From IMG/VR virus record IMGVR_UViG_3300033513_000281, positions 1 to 45,093 of that record: a stretch of 45,093 bases of DNA; one strand, given 5' to 3'. Position numbers and translations under genes: made by a program. This DNA comes from a virus. Lineage: Duplodnaviria > Caudoviricetes. Numbering within the stretch: position 1 is the stretch's first letter; each line of letters opens with the position of its first letter. Shown here one piece after another: positions 8,315-16,060 of this stretch. Below the pieces are notes generated by a model, which ran no database searches, was not told where the DNA came from, and saw only the letters and a list, made by a program, of their open reading frames with translations.

Positions 8315-8520
8315 TTTCCTCTTCCATCTCCGTCAACCCGGACAAACACAAGTCCGACATGCTCGGGCTCGCGCTTTCAATGTCCGTCGTCATGCACTCG
8401 AATTTCAAGAATTTTGGCATGCTTCCGATGTGTAGGAAATGCCCGGATAAAACCTGCGTTCAATACAATGCGCCGGGGCTGACGTTCTTTCAGTGTGAGA
8501 AAGGGATATGGCGGAAGTAA
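8311..8520 (+). CDS. Small Cys-containing hypothetical protein
   Basis: ATGA overlap. CRKCP-x3-C...C. Confidence 0.55.
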   Translation: MISSSISVNPDKHKSDMLGLALSMSVVMHSNFKNFGMLPMCRKCPDKTCVQYNAPGLTFFQCEKGIWRK

Positions 8521-8900
8521 AATTCATTGTGGTTGTCGATAAGATAAAGCCCGAAGATAAGATATATGGAGAATATCTTGAATTGAGGTGTCGCGTCAAT
8601 CCCGAGGTGTTAATTCGGGATATTGATAACCCGGAGAAAATATATAATTTTTCTCATTATAGCCCGTATATTTGCAAGTATATACGGAACAATAAAGAGG
8701 CACTTCTTTATTATTGCCGACAAGAATTACTACAGGCGGATAAGGAAATATCCATAAAAAAAAGAATCCGGAAAAAAAATAAATTAAAACGAAAAAGTAG
8801 AAAAATAACCGAAACTTTCCCGATATGCATAACTCATTATGGCCTGATTGAAGATATCGAAAAGGCTGAACGGATAACCGATGCCGGAACAGGCGATTAA
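8508..8900 (+). CDS. Hypothetical basic protein (AT-rich)
   Basis: 130-aa ORF overlapping its neighbours. Confidence 0.6.
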   Translation: MAEVKFIVVVDKIKPEDKIYGEYLELRCRVNPEVLIRDIDNPEKIYNFSHYSPYICKYIRNNKEALLYYCRQELLQADKEISIKKRIRKKNKLKRKSRKITETFPICITHYGLIEDIEKAERITDAGTGD

Positions 8901-9162
8901 GCGCCGGATGAGCCGGGCCAAGCAAAAGGCGGAAAAGGATTTGCAACGGCTCGGATTCAAGACCGTGCCGTCAAATAATAAACCCGTCTGCCTGGTCGCC
9001 ATAAACCGGGACGGCGTACAGGTCGATGTCCGGATCATCCGCATTTGCCTGGATGAGATAAAGCCGATCGACAAGAAATCCCTGTCAGGTTACGACGGCC
9101 TGCACCGTGAGCTCTGGATACGGAAAGAGGGCAGTGAGAATTTTGAGATACACAAGGTTTGA
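8881..9162 (+). CDS. Hypothetical protein, possibly a degenerate Hjc/PD-(D/E)xK fold
   Basis: A-x2-L-x2-LGF...LVAI...VRII...ELW pattern without the acidic catalytic residues. Confidence 0.55.
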   Translation: MPEQAIKRRMSRAKQKAEKDLQRLGFKTVPSNNKPVCLVAINRDGVQVDVRIIRICLDEIKPIDKKSLSGYDGLHRELWIRKEGSENFEIHKV

Positions 9163-9176
9163 GGTAGAATAAGATA

Positions 9177-9386
9177 ATGACTATCTTCAAATATCAGAAC
9201 AAGGTAGCTATTATAGACAGAACAGATGGTGAATATCAAATATTTTTTAGCTGCCCCCAGTGTTCATGTATGCTTATCGAAGCATGGCAGGCTGGCGAGA
9301 AAATATTTATATGCACAAATCATAATCCATTCCTAGAATTCGAGCTCGACACTCATTCCGCACTCATATTGCGTCATGAGGTATAA
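9177..9386 (+). CDS. Small zinc-ribbon-like protein
   Basis: CPQC...CTNH. AT-rich; TAGAAT at 9165-70 just upstream of the ATG. Confidence 0.55.
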   Translation: MTIFKYQNKVAIIDRTDGEYQIFFSCPQCSCMLIEAWQAGEKIFICTNHNPFLEFELDTHSALILRHEV

Positions 9387-9403
9387 TAGAAAAGGAGACG
9401 AAG

Positions 9404-9577
9404 ATGGGTGCCATTCGAATTAATGATATAGGGCCGCACTGGATATCTTGGCCGACGATCGAACAGCTAATATTCATGATTGATAGGTTGGACGAGGCGT
9501 CTTTCGAACTCGATGTGTGTATTGCTAGGGAGCGTGCCGTCCGGATCGCAAGGTCTATGTTCTCGGGGATAATCTGA
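9404..9577 (+). CDS. Hypothetical protein (57 aa)
   Basis: AAGGAG RBS before ATG 9404. Below the ORF-track cutoff. Confidence 0.55.
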   Translation: MGAIRINDIGPHWISWPTIEQLIFMIDRLDEASFELDVCIARERAVRIARSMFSGII

Positions 9578-9578
9578 G

Positions 9579-9839
9579 ATGAACCTTAAAAAAAGATTAG
9601 TGAAAAGATGGATGGATAATCTTGGCCGGTGGCGGGAAGGAACCTCTCGGTCAGAGGTCTCAAGAAATACGGGACGCGATTTGCGATATTTCTTTTCTGT
9701 GGTGAAAGACTTAGATAGGGCCAGGGTTTCACGAACGGCCGACACGAAAGAACTGATGATTACTTTGATCGATGCGAAAGGACGGGAATCAACAATTTGG
9801 CTTAGCGGCGATATCGTTAGAAGTATCACTCCCTATTAA
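9579..9839 (+). CDS. Hypothetical protein, last early/middle gene (possible late regulator)
   Basis: ORF directly upstream of the palindromic intergenic region and lysis genes. The function is positional inference only. Confidence 0.55.
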   Translation: MNLKKRLVKRWMDNLGRWREGTSRSEVSRNTGRDLRYFFSVVKDLDRARVSRTADTKELMITLIDAKGRESTIWLSGDIVRSITPY

Positions 9840-9861
9840 ACGAAACGAATCATAAAATAAA

Positions 9862-10012
9862 AACCTTGTCAAGAGGGCAATTCCCCCTAGTAAACGGTCC
9901 CTAGGGACCCTTTACCCGTCCAAAAGGACCGTCTAGCCCACCCCCCTAAAAAATCGCCCCTTATACTGGGGGCGTGACAAGGGTTGTGTTTCGTACGAGC
10001 TTAGTGGGGGTC
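9862..10012. promoter_or_regulatory. Palindrome-rich intergenic region, candidate late promoter or packaging signal
   Basis: Perfect palindrome GGTCCCTAGGGACC (9896-9909); CCTTGTCA/TGACAAGG (9864-71/9975-82); TATACT (9962-67) in the loop of CGCCCC/GGGGCG. Confidence 0.5.
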
Positions 10013-10024
10013 GTCTAAAACAAA

Positions 10025-10393
10025 ATGGCGACCTCCACACAAATTTCCACTACCGAGAAACAAGCTCGGTTCGAATACCTGACCGCGAAGCTCGTCATCG
10101 AGTGCTCACTCCAAGGCATTGTCATTATCTGCTACCGCTATCGATCAACGATGGCTGAGGACCTGGCCTATTACAGGGCGGGGCTTTCTGAAATCGATCC
10201 GACGAAAACGGCGACGAAGCATATGCTTGGCTTGGCTAAGGATTTCGCCATAGCCAAGGGCAATGCTTACGACTGGAACGACACCGAGGGCTATAAAAAA
10301 ATGGGCGAGATTGCGGAATCCCTGGGGCTGAAATGGGGCGGCCGCTGGAAAATTGGGGACTATGGCCACGTGGAATATCAGGAAGAGACATGA
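10025..10393 (+). CDS. Endolysin, peptidase M15 (L-Ala-D-Glu endopeptidase-like)
   Basis: YRS...TKHMLGLAKDF (H-x6-D)...GLKWGGRW...DYGHVE. Confidence 0.88.
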   Translation: MATSTQISTTEKQARFEYLTAKLVIECSLQGIVIICYRYRSTMAEDLAYYRAGLSEIDPTKTATKHMLGLAKDFAIAKGNAYDWNDTEGYKKMGEIAESLGLKWGGRWKIGDYGHVEYQEET

Positions 10394-10545
10394 AAAAGGT
10401 ATCCCTCAAGAAAGAAATGAAAAAATGGCTTAGATTTTGGTATCTGGGCGGCTGGTCATCTTATATGCGTTCCAGATTACATCCTGAGACGAAAAACTAT
10501 GAGCGGAAAATTTATCGCAAAATTCAAGACGTGATTAATTCATGA
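10390..10545 (+). CDS. Small hypothetical protein in the lysis cassette
   Basis: ATGA overlaps on both sides. Confidence 0.5.
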   Translation: MKKVSLKKEMKKWLRFWYLGGWSSYMRSRLHPETKNYERKIYRKIQDVINS

Positions 10546-10736
10546 GCGTACCCGAAATAATCCTGACCGCATTTTCGGCAATAAAAGAAATCCTCCAGGC
10601 CATGCACAAGGACCGGGAAGAGGAATTTTTAAAGGCATGGGAAAAAGATGAGCAAGATTTTCTCAAGGCGATGGTTGCGGGCGACGTCGGCGCTCTTAAT
10701 ACTTTTATCGCTAAGTATCGGCGCGGCCTGTTTTAA
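10542..10736 (+). CDS. Lysis-cassette protein, possible i-spanin-like partner
   Basis: Amphipathic N-terminus. Its 3' half is overlapped out of frame by a lipoprotein ORF (Rz/Rz1-like layout). Confidence 0.5.
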   Translation: MSVPEIILTAFSAIKEILQAMHKDREEEFLKAWEKDEQDFLKAMVAGDVGALNTFIAKYRRGLF

Positions 10737-10899
10737 GCGGCCCGAGCCCGTCATCATCCCCGTCGAAAAGGACATCGTCCAGCTCCTGCCGTCCGGAAAT
10801 TACGAGGTCCGCGCCGGACTGATTTATGACTATCTCCGCAACCTGGCCGAAGTGAAGTTACTGAGGATCCAGCTCGCCGAATATCGAAAGGGGAAATGA
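10648..10899 (+). CDS. Lipoprotein, o-spanin-like
   Basis: Basic N-region, hydrophobic core LLILLSLSI, lipobox GAAC, then Pro-rich RPEPVIIP. Confidence 0.65.
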   Translation: MSKIFSRRWLRATSALLILLSLSIGAACFKRPEPVIIPVEKDIVQLLPSGNYEVRAGLIYDYLRNLAEVKLLRIQLAEYRKGK

Positions 10900-10900
10900 C

Positions 10901-11326
10901 ATGCAGGACCTGGCCTCGGCCACTAAAGCCCTCAATGACATGATAGCCTCAATCAAGGCCGGTGGCTGGATGGCCGTCGTCGTCCTCATTGCCATCCTCG
11001 CTTTTTTAATCATCAAGCCCTTACTGAATCATCCGCGCAAGGCGACACAGGATATCAAGATCGACGTGGCCGGAAACAAAGGGGCCGGAGTTCCTTTAGA
11101 AAAATCCGTTTGCCCGCTTCATTCCGGCGTCGAAACCCAACTGGAAGAGTTCAAGGGCTATCGAAAAGAAAACCATGACGAGCATGTGAGGATATACGAC
11201 AAGCTGGATAATCTTTCAACCGCCGTGACGAACTCCGCGAACGCCGCGGCCCAAGCGGCAAATGCCGCCGCAGCCGCCGCCTCAGCCGCAGCCGCCGCCT
11301 CAGCTAAGGTCAGGATATCAAAATGA
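10901..11326 (+). CDS. Single-TM holin/spanin-like protein with poly-Ala tail
   Basis: TM WMAVVVLIAILAFLII, CPLH motif, coiled coil. Last gene of the lysis cassette. Confidence 0.6.
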   Translation: MQDLASATKALNDMIASIKAGGWMAVVVLIAILAFLIIKPLLNHPRKATQDIKIDVAGNKGAGVPLEKSVCPLHSGVETQLEEFKGYRKENHDEHVRIYDKLDNLSTAVTNSANAAAQAANAAAAAASAAAAASAKVRISK

Positions 11327-11346
11327 GCATGGGCGCTTGGGACATA

Positions 11347-11388
11347 GGGCCGGGGATTCGTCACTCCTTTCCCCCGGCCCGCTTTTTT
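11347..11388 (+). terminator. Rho-independent terminator after the lysis cassette
   Basis: GGGCCGGGG / CCCCGGCCC stem followed by GCTTTTTT. Confidence 0.7.
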
Positions 11389-11402
11389 CATCGAGGACAG
11401 AA

Positions 11403-12398
11403 ATGAAAGCCGCGATCCTTCTCGAACTCAATTCCCCGCTCGTCGTCGACGATGTCCAAGCTCCCACGCTCGAAACGGGCCAGGCGTTGGTCAAGATCAT
11501 GGCGAGCGGGATATGTGGCAAACAGATCGGAGAAATAGCCGGCCGTTACGGGCCGGACAAATATCTCCCTCACCTACTCGGACACGAGGGCGCGGGAATC
11601 GTGGAGGCCATCGGGCCCGGCGTGTCATTCGTCAAGCCCGGTAATCACGTTGTCGCGCACTGGCGAAAAGGAAAGGGCCTCGAGGGCGCGTGCCCGAAAT
11701 ACCAGTGGGGCGAAAAGGTAGCCGGCGGGGGATGGATCACGACTTTCAGCGAGTACGCCGTCATCAGCGAAAACCGACTGACGGCCATCGACAAGGATAT
11801 CCCCTTCGATATTGCTGCGCTCATGGGTTGCGCCGTGACGACAGGCCTGGGCGTGGTGTTCAACGACGCGAAGCTCCAGCCTGGGCAATCAATCGCGGTC
11901 ATCGGCTGCGGCGGCGTCGGGTTGAATGTCATCCAAGGGGCGAGGATTGCGGGGGCAAATATGATTCTGGCCATTGACGTCAATGCGGCCAAGAAAGAAA
12001 TGGCGCTTGAATTCGGGGCTGACGTTGCCGGATGGATTGAACAGATGTTCGATTTTGACATCATCGTCGATACGACGGGCCGGCCGGAACTGATAGCGAA
12101 AGCTTACGAGCTCGTCGCTCCGGGCGGAAAAGTCATCATGGTCGGACAACCGTCGGCGGGGGCGTCACTTGTCATCCCAAACGTCGCCGCAAATATGAAG
12201 GGGAAAACGCTTATGGATTCGACAGGCGGCGATATTGAGCCAAATGAGGATATACCGAAATACCTCGATCTCTGGCGGGAAAGATGGTTGAAACTCAGCG
12301 AGCTCATCACCCATCGATTCCCGCTCGAGCGGATCAATGAAGCCCTGGACGTCGTCCGGAGCGGAGAAGCAGGGCGCGTCATCCTGGAGATGTCGTGA
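11403..12398 (+). CDS. Zinc-dependent medium-chain dehydrogenase/reductase
   Basis: SGICG, LLGHEGAGIVEAIG, GCAVTTG, Rossmann VIGCGGVG. Start MKAAIL at 11403 with GAGGA RBS. Confidence 0.92.
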   Translation: MKAAILLELNSPLVVDDVQAPTLETGQALVKIMASGICGKQIGEIAGRYGPDKYLPHLLGHEGAGIVEAIGPGVSFVKPGNHVVAHWRKGKGLEGACPKYQWGEKVAGGGWITTFSEYAVISENRLTAIDKDIPFDIAALMGCAVTTGLGVVFNDAKLQPGQSIAVIGCGGVGLNVIQGARIAGANMILAIDVNAAKKEMALEFGADVAGWIEQMFDFDIIVDTTGRPELIAKAYELVAPGGKVIMVGQPSAGASLVIPNVAANMKGKTLMDSTGGDIEPNEDIPKYLDLWRERWLKLSELITHRFPLERINEALDVVRSGEAGRVILEMS

Positions 12399-13570
12399 AT
12401 AAAACCGAACTGATCGCATTCGAGAAGCGGATCGCCGATCGATACGACAACGGCGAGCTGCCCTACCTCGTCCACCTTTCGGGCGGGAACGAGGATCAAC
12501 TCATTGAGATCTTCGAGGACATCAATCGCGGCGATTACGTTTTCAGTACTCATAGAAATCACTATCATGCACTCCTTCATGGCATAGCCCCCGAAACGCT
12601 CGAGGCCAGGATCCTTTCCGGAAAGAGCATGTTCGTATTCGATCGGGCGCGGAATTTCTTTAGCTCCTCGATCGTGGCCGCGACGCCGGCGATCGCTGCG
12701 GGCGTGGCCTGGGCGCTCAAGCGGAAGGGGAGCGCGAAGAAGGTCTGGTGCTTCATCGGCGACGGCGCGGAAGATGAGGGCCATTTTTACGAGGCTGTCC
12801 GATACGTCGACGGCTGGGATCTGCCCTGCACGTTTATCATCGAGGACAATGATCGGAACGTTGTGGCGTCAAAGAGAGAAAGACGCGGGACCGTCGCCAA
12901 TCTGTCATGGCCTCTATGCGTTAGCCGCTACTACTACACGCCGACCTATCCCCACGGCGGGACCGGCACTCCGGGCTGGCTGAAATTTAAGAGCGAGGCG
13001 AAGGTCGTTGCTTCCCCTCGGAAACAAAGCTCGGAGATTCCTATCGTGGGCGGAGACATCAAATACCTCGACGCCGTGCGGCAGTCGAATGAAGAGCTGG
13101 CCAAGGACGGGGTGATCTTCATCGGCTATAACGTCCGCTGCGGCGGTCGGGCCTATGGGGCGTTCAAGAACATTCCCGATGACAACCTCCTTGAAACTCC
13201 GCTGGCAGAGAACCTTATGCTCGGGCTCGGCATGGGCGTGAGCCTCGAGGGATTCCGGCCCGTTGTGTTTTTCGAGCGGCATGAATTCCTGATGAACGCG
13301 ATGGACGCGATCGTCAACACCCTGGACGTCATCGAAAAGATAAGTGACGGCGAGTTCACGATGCCCGTCATTATCAAGACCGTGGCGGGATCGGTGAAGC
13401 CGTTCTATGCTGGCCTGACTCATACCCGGAACTTTGGCTATGCCTTTCAAAGCCTTGTGTCCTTTCCAGTCTATGAGCCGCAAACAGGGGCGGAAGTCCT
13501 TGCGGCCTACGAACTGGCGAAAGCAGCAACGGGGCCGACGATGATCAGCGAAATGAAGTCGAAATACTGA
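12395..13570 (+). CDS. Fused ThDP-dependent enzyme: E1-alpha-like domain plus E1-beta/transketolase pyrimidine-binding domain
   Basis: HLSGGNE, STHRNH and ThDP motif GDGAEDEG...EDN in the N-half. ETPLAEN-x2-GLGMG...RPVV in the C-half. The C-terminal E1-beta domain is absent. Confidence 0.88.
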   Translation: MNKTELIAFEKRIADRYDNGELPYLVHLSGGNEDQLIEIFEDINRGDYVFSTHRNHYHALLHGIAPETLEARILSGKSMFVFDRARNFFSSSIVAATPAIAAGVAWALKRKGSAKKVWCFIGDGAEDEGHFYEAVRYVDGWDLPCTFIIEDNDRNVVASKRERRGTVANLSWPLCVSRYYYTPTYPHGGTGTPGWLKFKSEAKVVASPRKQSSEIPIVGGDIKYLDAVRQSNEELAKDGVIFIGYNVRCGGRAYGAFKNIPDDNLLETPLAENLMLGLGMGVSLEGFRPVVFFERHEFLMNAMDAIVNTLDVIEKISDGEFTMPVIIKTVAGSVKPFYAGLTHTRNFGYAFQSLVSFPVYEPQTGAEVLAAYELAKAATGPTMISEMKSKY

Positions 13571-13571
13571 C

Positions 13572-14231
13572 ATGAATATTTTAATAACAGGCGCATCTCG
13601 CGGACTCGGGCGGTCGCTCGCGCTCGAGTTTGCCTACGCGGGCCATGCGCTCATCCTAAACGGAAGGGATAAAGCGCGGCTCGAAGAAGTCCGCCTCGAA
13701 GTTCTAAAAGACAGCCCCAACTGCCATGTTGTCGTCGACGATATCCGCGATGATTCAACGATGGAAGCGCTCGGATTCGTGATGCGACTGATGGGAAACG
13801 GGCTCGACATCCTGGTCAATAACGCCGGGGTTTACGAGGGCGATCCCCAAGACATCATCGACACGAACCTCACGGCGCCGATCCTGCTCACACTCGCGAT
13901 CTATCCTAGAATGGCCGAGAGGGGAAGCGGCCTCATCGTCAATATCAACTCCCTAGCCGGGAAAACCTTCAATGACCAAGAGGCCGTTTATTGCGCCTCC
14001 AAATGGGGACTTCGCGGATTCATGGGCTCGTTCAAATACGAGGCCCGGAAGCACGGCGTGAACGTCCTCGATGTTTATCTCGGAGCCATGAGAACAGAGG
14101 CAACGAAGGGCCGCGTGGGTTGGGATAGTTTCATCAGCCCCGTAGACGCGGCGCGGCAGATCGTCCAGCTATGCGGCAACGGCAAGAGCCTGGCCATATC
14201 GGAGATTGAGATTGTGAGGGCGGGGAAGTGA
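13572..14231 (+). CDS. Classical short-chain dehydrogenase/reductase
   Basis: ITGASRGLG, LVNNAG, INS, catalytic YCASK. Confidence 0.93.
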   Translation: MNILITGASRGLGRSLALEFAYAGHALILNGRDKARLEEVRLEVLKDSPNCHVVVDDIRDDSTMEALGFVMRLMGNGLDILVNNAGVYEGDPQDIIDTNLTAPILLTLAIYPRMAERGSGLIVNINSLAGKTFNDQEAVYCASKWGLRGFMGSFKYEARKHGVNVLDVYLGAMRTEATKGRVGWDSFISPVDAARQIVQLCGNGKSLAISEIEIVRAGK

Positions 14232-14416
14232 AGGAAAAGCGCGTTGCGTTCCAGGGCATTATCAAATCGGTCAAGACGGCCATCGACGGCGTTGGCGATA
14301 AGGTCGGCACGCTCACCGTCACATTTCGTCCCGAAGGGAATGTCATCGCGGACCTGGACGCACTCCATAAGCCGGACTCAGAAATTTTCGTTGTAATAGC
14401 GGCCAAAGCAGAATGA
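14228..14416 (+). CDS. Hypothetical protein
   Basis: GTGA and ATGA overlaps with the SDR and terS. Confidence 0.6.
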   Translation: MKEKRVAFQGIIKSVKTAIDGVGDKVGTLTVTFRPEGNVIADLDALHKPDSEIFVVIAAKAE

Positions 14417-14775
14417 CCAAGAAAAAGACGACCCGAAAGAATAAGCCCGGCGCTGGCCGCCCGCACGTCGCCCTGGACGTAAAACAAATTGAACAGTTGG
14501 CTTATGACGGGTGCAAGAATAGCGAAATCGCTTTTATCCTTGGATGTGATGACCAAACCCTAACAGATAATTATTCTCGAATATTAGATAAAAAGCGGGC
14601 CGAACGGAAAGCGGCGTTCCGTAAAAGGCAGACTTTCCAGGCGCTTCACGGCGACACGACAATGCTGATCTGGCTCGGCAAGAATGAGCTTGAGCAGATG
14701 GACAAGCAGGCCGTTGAGCACTCTGGCCCAAACGGCGGGCCGATGGTGATGATCATGTCGAGGCCGGGGAAATGA
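14413..14775 (+). CDS. terS: Terminase small subunit
   Basis: GRP + HTH (IEQLA-x2-GC-x3-EIA-x2-LG), MLIWLGKN, EHSGPNGGP. Directly upstream of terL. Confidence 0.82.
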   Translation: MTKKKTTRKNKPGAGRPHVALDVKQIEQLAYDGCKNSEIAFILGCDDQTLTDNYSRILDKKRAERKAAFRKRQTFQALHGDTTMLIWLGKNELEQMDKQAVEHSGPNGGPMVMIMSRPGK

Positions 14776-16052
14776 GCGCCGCAAATATCCTCTACGAGGC
14801 AACGGATCGGCAGGACGTTTTCCATCATGCGCCGGAGATGTTCAAGCTCTACGGGGGCGCGATGGGCGGGGGAAAGACCGTTGCCCTTTGCGCCGAAGGA
14901 CTGGGGCTTTCCAATGATTATCCCGGCAATCGCGGATATCTATGTCGGCATACCTTGACCAGCTTCAAAAAGACGACCGGCCTTGTGCTGGATGAAATGC
15001 TCCAGCGGTCCAGGCTCATCGTCAAGCATCATCAGTCCGATAATTTTTATCTGCTTCGAAATAGATCAACGATTTATTACGGCGGCCTTGGAGACGATAT
15101 CAACGCCATTGAACGCTTGAAGTCAATGGAGCTGGGCTGGTTCGGAATCGATGAAGCCTCGGAAACATCGGAGAAGTTTTTCCTCATGCTGGCCTCACGT
15201 CTGCGCTTGAAACTCCCCGGCATTAAATATTTTGGGATCATGGCGACGAACCCCGACCCCGGTTGGCTCAAGCAGAGATTCATCGACAGGCACGATCCGA
15301 ATCACGTCTTCATCCCGGCGCTTCCCAAGGACAATCCGCATTTGCCGAAGGATTACGTCGACCGATTGAGGGAAGTTTTTCCCGATGACTGGCAGGCCAG
15401 ATTTATCGAGGGCGATTGGTCAGCCTTCGAAGGCACAAGCAACGTCTTTCCTTATCAGGCAATCCAGGCGGCGGTCGAGAGAGAATTGCCCGAAGGGAAG
15501 CCAATAGAGTTGGGCGTCGACGTGGCCCGCTATGGCGACGACGAAAGCGTTATTGCCGTTCACAAGGGACCGGTTGGCCGGATCAAAAAGACGTTTAAGA
15601 AAAATGACCTTATGCAGTTGACGGGTGAAACGATCCAGGCCAAGGCCGAGGATAAAGCCGAGGCGTTGAAGGTCGACGCCGACGGCATGGGCGGGGGCGT
15701 TGTGGATCGGCTACGGGAGCAGGGGCATAGCGTCGTCGAAATTCACGGAGGGGGCAAGGCGGTCAATTCAGAGAAGTTCAAAAACATGAAAGCCGAAATC
15801 CATTGGGCGTTCCGGGAGCGGCTACTGTCCGGCGACATTGACCTCCCCGACGACCTTGAATTGAAGGCGCAGCTTACATCAATCACCTATCGCGTCGCCT
15901 CTTCCGGGCAATTGGAAATAACGCCCAAGGAAGAGATGAAGCGCAAGGGATTGAAAAGCCCGGACCGTGCCGAAGCGATGATCTATGCGTTCGCCCAGGA
16001 CAATAGTCCGAAGGCGGGCGTGTTCTTTAGCAAAGAATCAGTCTACATCTGA
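14772..16052 (+). CDS. terL: Terminase large subunit
   Basis: Walker A GGAMGGGKT, Walker B FGIDEA, ATNP, nuclease LGVDVARYGDD and SPDRAEA. Confidence 0.95.
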   Translation: MSAANILYEATDRQDVFHHAPEMFKLYGGAMGGGKTVALCAEGLGLSNDYPGNRGYLCRHTLTSFKKTTGLVLDEMLQRSRLIVKHHQSDNFYLLRNRSTIYYGGLGDDINAIERLKSMELGWFGIDEASETSEKFFLMLASRLRLKLPGIKYFGIMATNPDPGWLKQRFIDRHDPNHVFIPALPKDNPHLPKDYVDRLREVFPDDWQARFIEGDWSAFEGTSNVFPYQAIQAAVERELPEGKPIELGVDVARYGDDESVIAVHKGPVGRIKKTFKKNDLMQLTGETIQAKAEDKAEALKVDADGMGGGVVDRLREQGHSVVEIHGGGKAVNSEKFKNMKAEIHWAFRERLLSGDIDLPDDLELKAQLTSITYRVASSGQLEITPKEEMKRKGLKSPDRAEAMIYAFAQDNSPKAGVFFSKESVYI

Positions 16053-16060
16053 GGCGATAG

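Noticed and set aside
11240-11305. GCC/GCA-rich tandem repeat
   Set aside because: Explained by the poly-Ala tail of ORF 10901-11326. It also creates the false Pro/Gln extension (11262 start) of the dehydrogenase.
12395-13570. Auxiliary metabolic pyruvate dehydrogenase for host energy metabolism
   Set aside because: Both halves are truncated, there is no E2/E3 or lipoyl domain, and the context is late/structural. A biosynthetic C-C ligase role fits better.
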